A DNA stretch of 64,000 nt from Epithemia pelagica (lineage: Eukaryota; Protista; Bacillariophyta). The stretch covers positions 1,426,001 to 1,490,000 of the forward strand of contig OX337229.1 in the NCBI GenBank assembly GCA_946965045.2, given 5' to 3'. A program made the translations under genes and the position numbers. The notes under the pieces were generated by a model. That model saw only the letters and a program-made list of their open reading frames with translations, was not told the DNA's origin and ran no database searches. Positions 43,178 to 55,473 of this stretch are shown piece by piece (positions within the stretch are counted from its first letter, which is position 1; every line of letters begins with the position of its first letter).

Positions 43178-43408
43178 TTTTGAAGAGAGAAAAATGTGAG
43201 GGCGAGCGAAAATTGCGGGTCAAATGTATGTTCTGAATTTAAAGTTTAAAGTTTAAAATTGGTTGACGTCAGACTTTTTGCTCTATGACGATAGCGCATG
43301 CTGAATAAAGTGGTCACCGGCTTCCGAAAGCAGGGAGTATGCAATCGTCGCCGAAGCCAATCCAGATCCCACTGCTCTGGACTTAAACTGCACAGAGAAC
43401 ATAGAACC

Positions 43409-44436
43409 ATGATCGAGCTCGCACTGACAGGACTTGGAGCGGTCGTCGCCACCGGACTGGCCCTGAAGGTATGTCTATACACAGAGTGCACAGGATAGAA
43501 CATATGGTTGATTAATCATTTGCTGACACAAGAGAATTTTTGTGGGAACAGGTGCTCGATTCGTTTTACAAAACTTTCCTTCGTCCAGCAAAGGATCTCA
43601 AGAAGCTTGGGAAATGGGCCGTCATCACTGGTGCCACCGATGGTATTGGACGAGCGTACGCCTTGGCTTTGGCGAAGAAAGGAATCAGCATTGTGTTGAT
43701 CAGTCGCACGGAATCCAAGTTACAAGAGGTGAAAAGTGAAATTGAAAAGGAAGGCAAAACAGGAGTTGAGGTGCAGTACATCGTTTGTGATTACTCTAAA
43801 TTCGACAAAGCTGCGCAAGATAGCATGAAAAAGAAGTTGCAGGGATTAGAGATTGGAATCTTGATCAACAATGTCGGCATTGGTTACCGATACCCCCGAT
43901 TCTTCGACGAACTTCCTGACGAGGAAGTGCAGCAAATGTTGACTTTGAACATTGATTCGGCTGTCTGGATGACGCGCATGGTCCTTCCTGGTATGCTTGA
44001 ACGTAAGAAGGGTGCAATTGTGAACATGTCTTCTGGTTCTGCTCTGTACACCATGCCGTTGTTGGCAGAGTACAGTGCTGCCAAGGGCTTTCTGGAAAAG
44101 TTTTCTCGTGGACTTAACGCCGAATACAGCAGCAAAGGAGTCACCGTACAGTGCCAAGCTCCGTTCTACATTGCGACAAAACTGGCTAAGATGCGCAAAT
44201 CATTCACTGTCCCCTCACCGAAGGAATACGCGGCGATGGGGCTGAAGTGGATTGGATACCCCGATAGTGCTGTTCAACCGTTTTGGCTTCACGGTGTACA
44301 AGGTTGGATTATGAAGAACATGCCTGAGTTTATCCTTGTACCACTCGTCCGCGACATGCACATGCAAATCCGAAAGAAGGGATTGAAGAAAGACGCCCGG
44401 CTAGCCGAGGAAGCCAAAAGCAATAAGAAGGAATGA
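43409..44436 (+). CDS. Very-long-chain 3-oxoacyl-CoA reductase (KCR/17beta-HSD12-like SDR); intron 43469..43551
   Basis: WAVITGATDGIGRAYA, ILINNVG, YSAAK catalytic motif, VQCQAPFYIATKL. Confidence 0.9.
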
Positions 44437-44738
44437 CTGGGTGAACGGAAAGCGGTTGAATCAGACCCTTTGCTCCCGTGATATTTGCAGTGAATTCACT
44501 TTTCGACTCTCTCGTCAAATCCGCATTGTACGGAGTCCGTGAACAACAATATGAAAACATAGTTTTAAGTTATTTTCACGAGAGATAGAAGAATCTCCTA
44601 TGCGAGATGCGACTGCGACATGGACCCGGTTTTCCAGTCGCGCATATCTATAGATTTTTAGTCTCTACAGAAAAATTCACGAACCATGAGCCAAAAAAGG
44701 CAAAAGATCCATTGGAGTGATAAACTGGATGGGAGAGA

Positions 44739-45671
44739 ATGACCAAACTCGATTTTTACGTTTGTGTCTATCTCTTCTGGTCCCTACATCTACTGCTTTC
44801 CCATGTCAGAGCATGGACTACTCAATCTCGGTTCAGAGGAATGAAGAGCAGGTCCTATTTTCGAAAACCAATCGAGTGGCGGACTCCTACTTCTAGAGTT
44901 TTGAGGTCGGCAGAAGACATTGATGACGGGCCAAGGATAATCATTCCAAATTCCCAGCCTTCCGATAGAGCTTCAATATCAGCATCAGAGTCACGCCAAT
45001 TGTGGCTGGATTTACGCGACAACGCCATGCGCCCAGAGGAGGCATTATCTTATCTCAATGAACTTTTGTTCTCAGAAGAAGAAGAGAGCCGTCAGCTGAG
45101 AGACCTAACTACATTGGTCGATCGAGTTCTGGTTACGGAGGAAAGATTTTCGGACCTGGTGAAAGCAGAGAGGTCATGTGGACTGTTTTACTGCACCAAT
45201 GGAGGTGAACTTCTGGAGGACTCTGGTTCGTGTCAACAATCTGTCCTGAAGGGCAAAGTGCTTATGCGCTCCGAAACAGGTATATTCGACCCTACAATCA
45301 CGTTAACGAACCACTCGTACGAATGGGTGATGTTGGACTGCACGGATGATATCGAAGATGTTGCCCTCTATACCGATCAAGTTGAAGGTTTTGTACAGAT
45401 TTTCAATGGAGCGTGTTGTAGCGACGCATCGGGGCCTCTGGGTGTTGCAATCTCGTGCCCATCACGAGACCTCCTCTTGTCAATTGACCGTTTCCTCACT
45501 TCTCAAAGTCTTACAAGTGAATATACGCAACAAACCGAATCTGGCATCATTATAGCAAGTAGCCTACAGCCTGGGATCACATCTACATCCATCGTTTCGC
45601 GAAATGCAATTGTGATGCCGTTCGATTTGCGTCTTTGGAAGACTGCCTTGGAGCTTCGGCATTTGTGGTAA
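44739..45671 (+). CDS. Hypothetical protein with signal peptide (VRA-W)
   Basis: 310-aa ORF with a hydrophobic leader. No confident family. Confidence 0.65.
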   Translation: MTKLDFYVCVYLFWSLHLLLSHVRAWTTQSRFRGMKSRSYFRKPIEWRTPTSRVLRSAEDIDDGPRIIIPNSQPSDRASISASESRQLWLDLRDNAMRPEEALSYLNELLFSEEEESRQLRDLTTLVDRVLVTEERFSDLVKAERSCGLFYCTNGGELLEDSGSCQQSVLKGKVLMRSETGIFDPTITLTNHSYEWVMLDCTDDIEDVALYTDQVEGFVQIFNGACCSDASGPLGVAISCPSRDLLLSIDRFLTSQSLTSEYTQQTESGIIIASSLQPGITSTSIVSRNAIVMPFDLRLWKTALELRHLW

Positions 45672-45792
45672 TTTGTAAATTGTCAACTTCAGGGCAAAAG
45701 TCACACCCAGAGATCCAAGGTCGTCATGGTTTTTTCATCACGAGTGTCAGCTTCCTCATGAACTTGAACAATGTCGGTGGTTACTTTGGCCA

Positions 45793-46662
45793 CTACATCC
45801 TCGTCGACTCAGATTCATCTACGATCACGATGGTTTCGGTTGGTGATAGAATCATGTGCATTGGCTTGTCGAAGCTGAGAACTGGAATCGTCGAGTCTTT
45901 GACCAACTGACAGTCCAAGCATACAGCCACTAGATCCAAGTGCCGGGTGGACATGCGCTCAATAAATCTGTCATAATACCCCTTCCCCTGTCCGAGTCTC
46001 TGACCTTTCATGTCAAAGGCAAGACCAGGAACAACGAGCAAATCAAGGTCGCCTGGTTTTGCAGTTTCAATTGGCATTGTGGTTGGGGGCTCAGGGATGT
46101 TCCACTTGTTCCGTGGCCACTTCTCGTAGAAAAGCATTCCTCCATGTGTTGTAGTATTCTCATCACCATCAGACTGTACTTTGAGTAGGTCCATGTGCGC
46201 TTTCTCAAAGTCCTCTCCCACTTGAGGCACGTAGATCGTCTTCTTGTCTGCTGTACACAGGTGAAGAAGTCCGTCAGTGTTTATTTCGCCTTTTGGCATT
46301 GAGAGAAAGACACCGATAGATTTAGCGTGTTGGTATACGGGGGAGTCTTTCAACTTATTCCACACCATTTGGCTCTGCTCCATTATCTGTTGAGCAGAAA
46401 GGTCTCTCATCCGTCTTCGTATTTCCTTGCGAAGCTTTTGCTTTTCCTTTCGAACGACTTCCTTGTCCTGATCCGACATTGCGTTCACAGGGATGGGACC
46501 GATGGATGTCTTCTCTGGCGGTGGTCGCTTTCTATTCTGAGTTGACATCAAACTTTTACGATGATTTATGTGGTGGCGTGTAAGCAATCGAGAGGCCCTC
46601 CAGACCGATGGTGCTGGTTTAGGTGTAAGGCAGAACGCCAATGGAAGAACTACCAAGGACAT
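45793..46662 (-). CDS. MTHFS: 5-formyltetrahydrofolate cyclo-ligase (MTHFS)
   Basis: KQKLRKEIR, SMPKGEINT, WNIPEP, LLVVPGLAFD..GQRLGQGKGYYDRF. Confidence 0.92.
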   Translation of the reverse strand: MSLVVLPLAFCLTPKPAPSVWRASRLLTRHHINHRKSLMSTQNRKRPPPEKTSIGPIPVNAMSDQDKEVVRKEKQKLRKEIRRRMRDLSAQQIMEQSQMVWNKLKDSPVYQHAKSIGVFLSMPKGEINTDGLLHLCTADKKTIYVPQVGEDFEKAHMDLLKVQSDGDENTTTHGGMLFYEKWPRNKWNIPEPPTTMPIETAKPGDLDLLVVPGLAFDMKGQRLGQGKGYYDRFIERMSTRHLDLVAVCLDCQLVKDSTIPVLSFDKPMHMILSPTETIVIVDESESTRM

Positions 46663-46933
46663 AAATGAATTGTCAGAATCGGTCGAACATGATTGTCCAA
46701 GGAGAGGTCTGTGTCGTCAACACTCTTCATTGGGGGCGTCTACCTCTAACCACAATGCTACTGGGTAGGTTAGGGGGCGTAGTTTCCTCTAGCAGTAGGA
46801 GCAGGCGCAAAGACATTCCAAGAAGGGGATACATTCACTATTGAATATTCAAGCAAAATGTTTATACATTGGAATGGGAAATAGGTAGATCGTAGCTAGC
46901 AAATCGCGACGATTGAAAAGAGTTTTGTTTTCC

Positions 46934-47731
46934 TTATCCGCAGATCCTCATCCACTCTTCTCGACCAATTCCAGGTCGAAATTGTTCACGAAAATCCTGC
47001 CAATCAATGTGATCTATTAGCCAGGCTCCATCTGTTTCTCGTTGGTGGAGTTGCCAGCCCATGGCCACATAGAGAGTACTGTCCTGTTTACTTCGCAGTC
47101 GACATTCAACCCAACAGGTTCCGTCGCCATAATCTACTTCTTCACTTGGAAACTCAATCAAATAGGGTATGTCGAGGTCCTCGTTCCAGAAACCATTGGT
47201 TTCGTCGTCCTCGGCAACTAGGATTGCAAACTGGTTGTTGGGTCGTCCGATGGTTTCACCCAGGGCAGACGCCACCACTTCTTCGTTTGCGGATGGTGGA
47301 GCTCCAACAGACTGATAGAGGGAATTTTTCCATTGTCGTGTGGCTGAACGCAACAGTACTCGAAATCCTGCATCCGGCAATGGCTCCGAACTATTCCACA
47401 AGGCGTGGAGAATTTCTCGGATAAACTCTTTTGCTGAGAGTTTGGGATTGGGAGGCTGCTGAAACTCTTCTTCCAGTACTTCCGAACGTATTTGCATGAG
47501 CCGTTGCTGCAGTACACTTGTGTCAAATAAAGTTCCATCTTTGTCTTCTCCATCCCCATTCTTAGAATAAATCCTAAATGCACACGGTGGGCTCCCATAA
47601 GACGTACAGCTTGGTATTCTGAGCGATGAATGGTGATGCACAACCAGGTGAAACGCATGCGATGTCGTTGTCAGGTCGACAAGCAGGCAATATGCCATAA
47701 GCAAGAGAGCTGGAGTTCGGCAGTGCAACAT
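46934..47731 (-). CDS. Hypothetical protein, plastid-type leader (SHA-F)
   Basis: Signal peptide followed by F, then a globular domain (WVECRLRS...GAWLIDHIDW). Confidence 0.7.
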   Translation of the reverse strand: MLHCRTPALLLMAYCLLVDLTTTSHAFHLVVHHHSSLRIPSCTSYGSPPCAFRIYSKNGDGEDKDGTLFDTSVLQQRLMQIRSEVLEEEFQQPPNPKLSAKEFIREILHALWNSSEPLPDAGFRVLLRSATRQWKNSLYQSVGAPPSANEEVVASALGETIGRPNNQFAILVAEDDETNGFWNEDLDIPYLIEFPSEEVDYGDGTCWVECRLRSKQDSTLYVAMGWQLHQRETDGAWLIDHIDWQDFREQFRPGIGREEWMRICG

Positions 47732-48193
47732 GGTGATATATCTCAGAAATAGTCTTCTTTTATTCGGCCGTAAAGCTTTGCTTCCAATCAGGGAGCTTGT
47801 TTGCTAATCAACTTGTCAAGGAATGCTTTTTCGATGATGCCAACCAGATATCGTGTGGTGAACAGTTTGACATTCTTTGTGTCTTTATGCACAGAGTTTT
47901 GCACTGTTGTTGTTGCCCATCCATGGCCTTTGATTTTGATTGTGTGCGGCGAAAATCCAGTTAATTCAATCGGACTGACAGTCTGCTGACAGATGGTTCG
48001 TTTTCTCTCTCCGAACGCGCGTCACGAATGCTTTTCTTCTTTAGTCGCTGATATGGTTGATCGCGGAACTCAGTCGTGGAGGCAGTGGAGAGGTCGAGGT
48101 GGCCATCATAGATCATAGCTACCTCTCTAAGAGATCTTTCTGTTGTCACTTGAATTGCTCCTCTCTAGAGGAGTATCTTGATCAATACACAAG

Positions 48194-49789
48194 ATGGACC
48201 GCGGCCAGGATAGCAACAACAAGTCTGCGACGTCAAAGACTATAGAACAAAACAGCGCTCAAACCGATCGTAAAAGCGGGGAGATACATGGTGCTCGTCC
48301 TTCCGAGACCAAAACTGAAGACTTGAAACATGCCGACAGCACAACAACGACAACGTTTCACACGACAACCTCATCATCACAGAAATCGGAGGAACCATCA
48401 GAGTCAATCAGAGATCTGCTAGGACGCGGAACTATTGCTTTTTCGGAAATTGTGAACGACTACCTGGCTGAAGCAAGGATACTCGGAGTGACGACAATTG
48501 GTTTGGTTGCGGCTTATGGTATTTTCCAGTCGCCGTTGTTCTTTCGGTACAGAACCGTGTCGGAACTACCATCATCTTGGTTTCGACGACGAAAATTCAT
48601 TCATGGACGTTTAGTCAGGGTATGGGTCGACCAACATAATCAACAAAAGAAGAAGATCCTTCGTAGAAGCACTGAAAGAAACCAGGCCATACAGAATGGA
48701 CAGCAAGTACAACGTTGGAACCGAGTGTCACCCAAAACTCTGTTTCAACCCCACGACGAAGATGACGGAGGAAAATACAAAAATTTCATGGACACAGCCG
48801 ACTCTGAACCAGAACGTGAATTTGATCTGCTCCCAATCCATTGTCAAATACGGCATTCGTCTCCAATGGAATCACTCCTATCACAAGTTTGGTACGAACG
48901 CTTTATGAAATGGCACCCTTTTTCGTCCACAGGGGGGACTCGATTAGACCAGGTCGATGAGCAACTAATGGTCGTGGAAATTGCTGGCGTAAGGAGTATG
49001 GCACTGGAGCACACTCCACTTCGAAGTCCTAGCCAGTCAGCCCACAATAACTCTCTTCTCGCGTCCTTGTCTCCCGAAATGATTTACCAGGCGGATGACA
49101 TGAACTCCCATACACCAGAAATGCATCAATCCAATTACCGAAATGCTACTGCAGCGTCCAATCTGAGTGGTTTGACAAACGTGGAATGGTTGGAGTCTCT
49201 GGCGAAAGAACGCATGTTTGTATCATGCCAGTTGTTAGGACGACGTGAAGTCGTTGCTGCCCATGTCCCGTCATCGTCAACTTCAAGGCCTTCTCATAAA
49301 CGGAAAATACCTGGTCTGGAAATTTTGGAAAATTCGGGTGAAGATGCTCTCAACAGAACAGACCGTCAATCCAACAATTCAATTTCTTCGACAAGCGACG
49401 CGAGCTCTCAAGTCGCCGTTGGTCGTTTGTACTACAGATCGCCGACCTCTCTGTTCGATCAAATGCGACAGCTGTTTTTCCCGACTGATGTTGCTCTTTC
49501 GTTGGTAGAAATGGGTCGAGCCTGTGTAATTGGCGACGAAGAAACACTCGTTTCATCGTCTCTCTCGTATCGTGTCGTTGACACTACCGACTCGGTCCGT
49601 GATTTGCGACGAGACGTAGCGTATGTAGAGCGATTGCATAGGGCGCAAAATGAGGCCGTGGCTCACAGCAGAGGCATTTGGCAGAATCCACTCATCCGCA
49701 ACGTCTGTGCCGACATTGTCAAAGAAGTGGAATTCCAGACAAAGGGACGATGGTGGCAAAAATTATGGAGATGGGTAAGAGGCGGCTAG
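48194..49789 (+). CDS. SNase/LCL3-like protein, probably catalytically degenerate
   Basis: TM segment followed by YRTVSELP..F..RKFIHGRLVRV, EIAGV, LVEMGRA and AVAHSRGIW, resembling the LCL3/thermonuclease layout. Confidence 0.6.
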   Translation: MDRGQDSNNKSATSKTIEQNSAQTDRKSGEIHGARPSETKTEDLKHADSTTTTTFHTTTSSSQKSEEPSESIRDLLGRGTIAFSEIVNDYLAEARILGVTTIGLVAAYGIFQSPLFFRYRTVSELPSSWFRRRKFIHGRLVRVWVDQHNQQKKKILRRSTERNQAIQNGQQVQRWNRVSPKTLFQPHDEDDGGKYKNFMDTADSEPEREFDLLPIHCQIRHSSPMESLLSQVWYERFMKWHPFSSTGGTRLDQVDEQLMVVEIAGVRSMALEHTPLRSPSQSAHNNSLLASLSPEMIYQADDMNSHTPEMHQSNYRNATAASNLSGLTNVEWLESLAKERMFVSCQLLGRREVVAAHVPSSSTSRPSHKRKIPGLEILENSGEDALNRTDRQSNNSISSTSDASSQVAVGRLYYRSPTSLFDQMRQLFFPTDVALSLVEMGRACVIGDEETLVSSSLSYRVVDTTDSVRDLRRDVAYVERLHRAQNEAVAHSRGIWQNPLIRNVCADIVKEVEFQTKGRWWQKLWRWVRGG

Positions 49790-50010
49790 AACAAATAAAC
49801 GTATAAAAAGTTTCAATGTTGGAGTAGGTAGTTTGGTCAAGAGTACTGCTTGTTCGTAGACAAGTATTACAAAATTTAGAATAGACCAGGACTCCAACTA
49901 TTCCAATGAAGCTTCAATGTTGGTCGGCAGGAATTTTTGTTGTCTGAGCATGTCTTTCTCTCGAGCGTATCATCAGTTTACTTTGCATGAAATCATCTTT
50001 TGTCTTCCAA

Positions 50011-50424
50011 CTATTTCGATGATTTCATGAGCCACCAGAGCATACACAGAACGACCACACAAAAAACGACCATGTATAGCATATGTTTGTTGCTTGATGA
50101 TTGCAACATTGTCCCAATTCGGGTCAAGCTATTGGACAGCATATCTCCCACGTTTTGAAATCCGTCACCCATTCCATCCAAAAGAGAGTTCTGTTCCTTC
50201 ACCTCATTGCCAATGTCAATGGTCAAGCCCTTCAAACGAGCCACTTGATCGGACAATTCATCAATGTATTCATTATTTTGTTGTTCCATGATTCCAGCAT
50301 TCGCTTCACTAGCACTCAAACCCCGTCGTGAACGACCTCCTTCCACATCCGAATATCCATTGCTGTTGTTTCTTCGTCCGTACATTGCTGTTCCGTTGTT
50401 TCTATGGCGCATGGGATCGGACAT
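50011..50424 (-). CDS. BET1: BET1-like Qc-SNARE
   Basis: MEQQNNEYIDELSDQVARLKGLTIDIGNEVKEQNSLLD plus a C-terminal TM helix. Confidence 0.85.
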   Translation of the reverse strand: MSDPMRHRNNGTAMYGRRNNSNGYSDVEGGRSRRGLSASEANAGIMEQQNNEYIDELSDQVARLKGLTIDIGNEVKEQNSLLDGMGDGFQNVGDMLSNSLTRIGTMLQSSSNKHMLYMVVFCVVVLCMLWWLMKSSK

Positions 50425-51174
50425 TCAGCGTCCTACTTCGTGTCCCAGTCGTGGAGAATGAATATGAAAAGTTTCCTCCTGAGAAGTCTCGTTTCGCGCT
50501 CTTGTTCTGAACCTGGCGTGCCGCTGATGTTTCTCAAAGGAGAACCTTTTCACTTTCTAAGAAGAGAGGTCAGAGGTTCTTTTGATTGTTGTCACGCTGC
50601 TTCGGCTGTACTTTTTTTAGCGTCCGCATTCCCATTGCGGAAACAAAATCGGGGGCGGGAATCAATTCCCTCCCGGGTTTCGAGTCCTGGAGTATGTATG
50701 GTCTATTCGTGGGCTAAGTCGCTGCGATGGGCGCAATTCTTTTTCTTTTTGTGTGTGTGAATCAATCTTCTTTTCCCCCAACGGCATGTTCTTGTCGGCA
50801 TTTGTACATTCTATCTGATACATCTCACGTCCCTGTACACAATATCCTATACTCGTGCATGAGCGGGGGGAGAGCAGGGCTCTTGTTTTCTTTTTCGCGT
50901 TTCCTTCTGGGGAGGTCTCTTCTTCTCCGTCATTGACCGAGGCTGTCAACGACGAAGACATCAATTTTGCACTTTCCACCATAGGTGTCAATCAAGAGGG
51001 GTCTGTCTCACTTTTCTCGACAATCTCGACAACTTGGTATTGTTTTTGGTTGTCAACTCGTCCCTTGGCATTCAGGGCATCTGCCGTCGTATTCGCAGTC
51101 GAGTCTTTTTTGACGTCTCTTGTCAATCTATACCCGCAGAATCTTGTTTCCTTCAACTTTATCATCTTTGTGCA

Positions 51175-52110
51175 ATGTTGAGTGTTACGGCTACGACGAG
51201 AGCAGCATCGCGCTGTAGTTACCATGGACGAAATTCATTGATTCGATCATTCATGTCGACGCAAGCGTTGGCGTCTCCTGAGGAGGAATCACAGATGGTT
51301 CTCATATTGGGCAAGCCGGGTGGTGGTAAAGGAACCATTAGTGGGAAGATACTGCAGGTAGGTCCATGTATCTTTCCACTTGGATATGGTTCACTTGTAA
51401 ATCGATATGGCCGGACGACTCTCATGTGTCCGCTTACGTTGTAACCATGACAAATTTCAGGATTTTCCAAAGTTTCACCACGTTTCGACGGGAGATCTTC
51501 TACGGCAACATGTCCGTGACAAGACTGAATTGGGTATCCAAGCAAAGGGATACATGGATACTGGTGGATTAGTACCAGATGACCTTATGATCGACTTGGT
51601 CATGAACGATGCGTCAAAATATTTTGAAGACGGACGAGCACTTCTTCTGGATGGTTTCCCTCGCAATATACAGCAAGCGGAAGCGCTCGAACAGGTGACG
51701 CAAATTGACTATGTGGTTAACCTCGATGTTCCCACCGAAACCATTGTCGAACGAATTGCTGATCGATGGATTCACCCGTCGTCAGGTCGCGTATATTCGT
51801 ACTCCTACAAGCCCCCCAAAAGAGCTGGCTTCGATGACATGACTGGAGAACCACTCGTGCAACGTGACGACGACAAGCCGGATTCAGTCCGAACAAGACT
51901 GGCTGCCTACGACAAGGTAAGACGATCAGCTTTGGACTGCTGTGGAAGTTTGCCCCCAACTCATAACTTGCTTTTCGTGTTGGAGCATAGGTGACAGCAC
52001 CTTTGGTAGAATTTTACCACCAAAAAGGGATTCTGAAAACGTTTTCAGGGACGAAGAGCGATATCCTGTACCTTAGAGTGAAGCAGTGGCTTCAAGACGA
52101 AAATTTTTGA
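51175..52110 (+). CDS. Adenylate kinase, AK3-like (mitochondrial-type leader); two introns
   Basis: GKPGGGKGT, STGDLLR, LLDGFPR, RWIHPSSGRVY, LVQRDDD. The last exon 51991..52110 is in frame. Confidence 0.9.
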
Positions 52111-52192
52111 AGACTTCTCAAAACCGACAACGTCGTGTCCATGTCCATTTTATTTTTCGCTCCACTCATTTCGCATGAGACACGAGAATGGA

Positions 52193-52463
52193 TTATGCTC
52201 AAATAATGAATTGCACTTCTAACACGTAGTTATTTGTCGTAACACAAATCAAATCTTTCCGTACATCTGATATCAGGTCTCCTAGTTCTCCATGTCTCTC
52301 CATTTTGGTCCACCGAAGACCCTGGTCGAGATTGGTTTATGCTCAAGAATAATGAATTACACTTCTAACACGTAGGTATTTGTCGTAACAAATCAAATTT
52401 TTCCATACATCTGATATCAGGTCTCCTAGTTCTCCAGGTTGGTCCACCGAAGACTCTGGTCGA
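52193..52463. repeat. Two-copy tandem direct repeat (~135-144 bp)
   Basis: TTATGCTC...CATCTGATATCAGGTCTCCTAGTTCTCCA...GGTCCACCGAAGAC.CTGGTCGA at 52193-329 and 52337-463. Confidence 0.85.
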
Positions 52464-52685
52464 CAAGGACTACAGATAGGAGTATTAGTTTGTCACTTCG
52501 TAAAACCATTAATTTCATACTATACGCAATATTATAATGCTTAGGCTCACAACTGGATATCAAGAATTCTAATGGACGAAGAATTGTGGTATAAAAAAGC
52601 GTAGCCTTCCCGTGTGCGTCTGGTGATCAACTCAACGAAAATATCAGACAAACAACGAGAAGTGGTCAAACATATAAATCACACA

Positions 52686-54501
52686 TCACGACAAAACACG
52701 AATATCCTGCTCCGACGAAGCAGTGCTGTTTTTGCGGGGCCGTATATCTGTCGTCCCAGCACGAGGTGACAGCCCACCGGGTGTTTGTGGGGCACGGGAA
52801 GAAAGAGTTGCTTCTTTCCCAATCCAACCACTTAGATTGTCCTTCTTCTTCTTTACTGAGGAAGAAGGAACACTACGTGTTGCGGTCCCCTCTTCTTTGT
52901 TACTCTTATGATCATCATGTCCAGGGGGGTGCACGTGATGATCCAATCCGGTCATATCACCAACTGTGCAACTCAATCTTCGCAAGCTCCTCGCCCATTT
53001 TGCAAATTTGGAACGAAGACGAGAAAGTGATGATCGTCGTTTCGTCCAACGTGCTAACACAACGGTTCCGAGAGTCGAAAGTCTCTTCTCAGATTTAAAG
53101 CTTGGATCTTGAGTTTCAGCACTTTCTTCAAGTCGTATCAGTTGGTTCAATTCTTGTTCTTCTTCTACGGCCCGAGTTCGCTGTCGGTTGGCAAGAACAA
53201 CAACTCGAGGGGTAACAAAATCATCGCTTTGAGCTGGAGTGTCTAAAAGGTCAACGGGTTCTCTTACTGGCAAGCTAACCAGTTTGACATTCCCCTGTTG
53301 CATCCGTGCTTCTTTAACTCTGTTCAGAGTTATGACCCAGTCTTTACAGGAGGCTTTGCTATCAGCTCTCAAATGATATAATCGTCCAAGAACTTGTATA
53401 TTGAAAGATATCTCATCATTATCCTCTGGATCAATTTCAATAGACCCCACCTGCACAATGTAAGAAACAGTGAGCTTCGTGTTCACAAAATTGATATATG
53501 CAGAACTCCTAACCAAAACATACCTTCTCTAGATCAAGAGTGGCAAGCAACTTTGTACGTTTTTGGCTCTTGTAGTAGGATAAACATTCACCGTCTGTTT
53601 CAAACCATCGTGTCTGCCACTTTCCATTTCTTCCCAATTTTTGTAAGTAACCTCCGATAAGAGAACCTGAAAGATTCTTGCCTCCAAGGAGATCATCGTC
53701 AATATCAGGAACGTGAAAAGCAGGGTCATCGGCTCGGTTGCTGTTCGTTCGCCGGCGGCTGTTTCCGATAAAACGAGTAATAGAAGAATTTCGTTGAGCG
53801 TGGTCGGAGTCAGATTCCACGGTATCTTGCCCATCTGTCGATGAACCAGGATCCCCTGGACTCGAGGAGGTCACCGCGGAAGAAGGCTCTGTGTTGTCAT
53901 CTTCTGAATAAAACCCTGTTTGTGGGGCTGCGTTCGAAAGCGAAGTAGGTACCGAATGCAACAAAATTGCGGAGCCATCACTCCCTCCCGGTAATATGCT
54001 AGAAGAGGATCCGGTGTGCAATGGTGTGGAAGGATCTGATATGATGGTGGGGATGGGGCGATCCGGTGAAAGTGCTGCTTGTAATGGGGTATTATCCGAA
54101 ACTGAACCCGGAACACCCGCTGTGCTTGGTGTGTTCACTGAAGAGGCGCTGTCCGCACTGGTGGAGTTTTGCTGTGCAACTTGATCAAATGGATTGATTG
54201 GTTCAACAACTTGAGCACCGGAGCTCTGGTTGTTATCTGTGCCAGAAGTGTTCGATGTTGTTGCTTCAATAGATGCAGCCAAAGGAGACGGCGGCTCACC
54301 TCCTAAACTTCCTGATTCCGATTCGGTCATCGCCATAATTTCTTTGCCTCTTAGCGAACTCCTTAGTCCGGTGCCTGATTCAGCAGAGGAAACTGAGGAT
54401 TCCATCGATGATGCTACGGAGGCTGAACAGGAAACATCGCCAGAGGAACTGGCGCCTGTTCCTGTGGCGCCTGGAGTTTGGTTCAGAAAGTTTCCATCCA
54501 T
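52686..54501 (-). CDS. PH-domain protein; one intron
   Basis: GYLQKLGRNGKWQTRWF...LSYYKS...LDLEK spliced to VGSIEID...FNIQV..R.YHLRA...WVITL. Confidence 0.85.
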
Positions 54502-55199
54502 GTGTTAATCTCTTCAATCAAATGCGAGATGAATTGGTTGCAAAGAAATGGGGTTCTCCACAAACTATTGGTCTGAGCAGAGCACGACTCTGTCTCTTTG
54601 ATGTGTATGAGAACTGCTGTGCAAACACTCCGAGAAAGTACTGAGAGAGGGCGCTTTCAACAAAAAAATAGAAGAAAGCGAAAAAGAGTGTATCCGTCGC
54701 TCGAGAGAAGCACATGGAAAGCTTCACTTATGGTTTTCATGCACGCGAGCCCCGCCACAAGTGTCCGACACTCCGATCGATCCGGGACTCCTGGAACACC
54801 AACTCCCGACAAAAACTCTCCATCGCTTACGAAACATTATTATCATTGTACGTATATTGGAAAGTAACTTTTTCGTTGCTGGGATGTAGTGTTTCGGCCC
54901 GGCGCTGCATGTGACACAGACAGAGGTCACATGAAAAATTACTGGTACGGCCCTCGGGTGATCCCAAATCCCAACCGATGCGTTTCGGAAAACAGATAAC
55001 AGCTGTTAAACGTGGATCTGCGGCTAGCTGACCGCAGAGGCGTATTGTAATCCTGGTACAACCCCGACGTCTCGCCTACCCCAATCATGATATATCGTAT
55101 AATTTTGCTAGATTAGGAGCGAATATTCTGGGATGGGGAGTTCATTCCCAGCCAAATTTCAGTTTGACGATTTACTATGTGCTATGTGCTCCTGCTCTA

Positions 55200-55320
55200 A
55201 TCTTCTACTCCTACTCCTCTAGCTAGAACTTAGAGAGTACACTCTCTAGTAGCTAGAGAGTAGAGAGGACAATTATTTCTCCTCAAGACTCTCCTACCTA
55301 TCTACCTAGCTACCTACCAA
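55200..55320. repeat. CTAG/CTAC-rich low-complexity tract
   Basis: ctactcctactcctctagctaga...ctagtagctagagagtagag...ctacctagctacctacc. Confidence 0.6.
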
Positions 55321-55473
55321 GGCAATGAACCATGATACACTACGATGATAAGAATGCAATATCGAGGTACTCATTCAAGCGATCTCTTCGACAATATTGA
55401 TCAACATCCCTCTAGTCAATCTACCTAGCTAAAGGCCATGAATCATGACAGATGACGACAAGAGTATCACCCA

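Noticed and set aside
50671-50690. T-arm-like CCGGG-TTTCGAGT-CCTGG
   Set aside because: The loop has 8 nt and there are no acceptor, D or anticodon arms.
50662-51225. Two abutting minus-strand ORFs separated by one TGA (possible readthrough or Sec)
   Set aside because: No recognisable domain or redox context. They lie in the divergent BET1/AK promoter region and are likely spurious.
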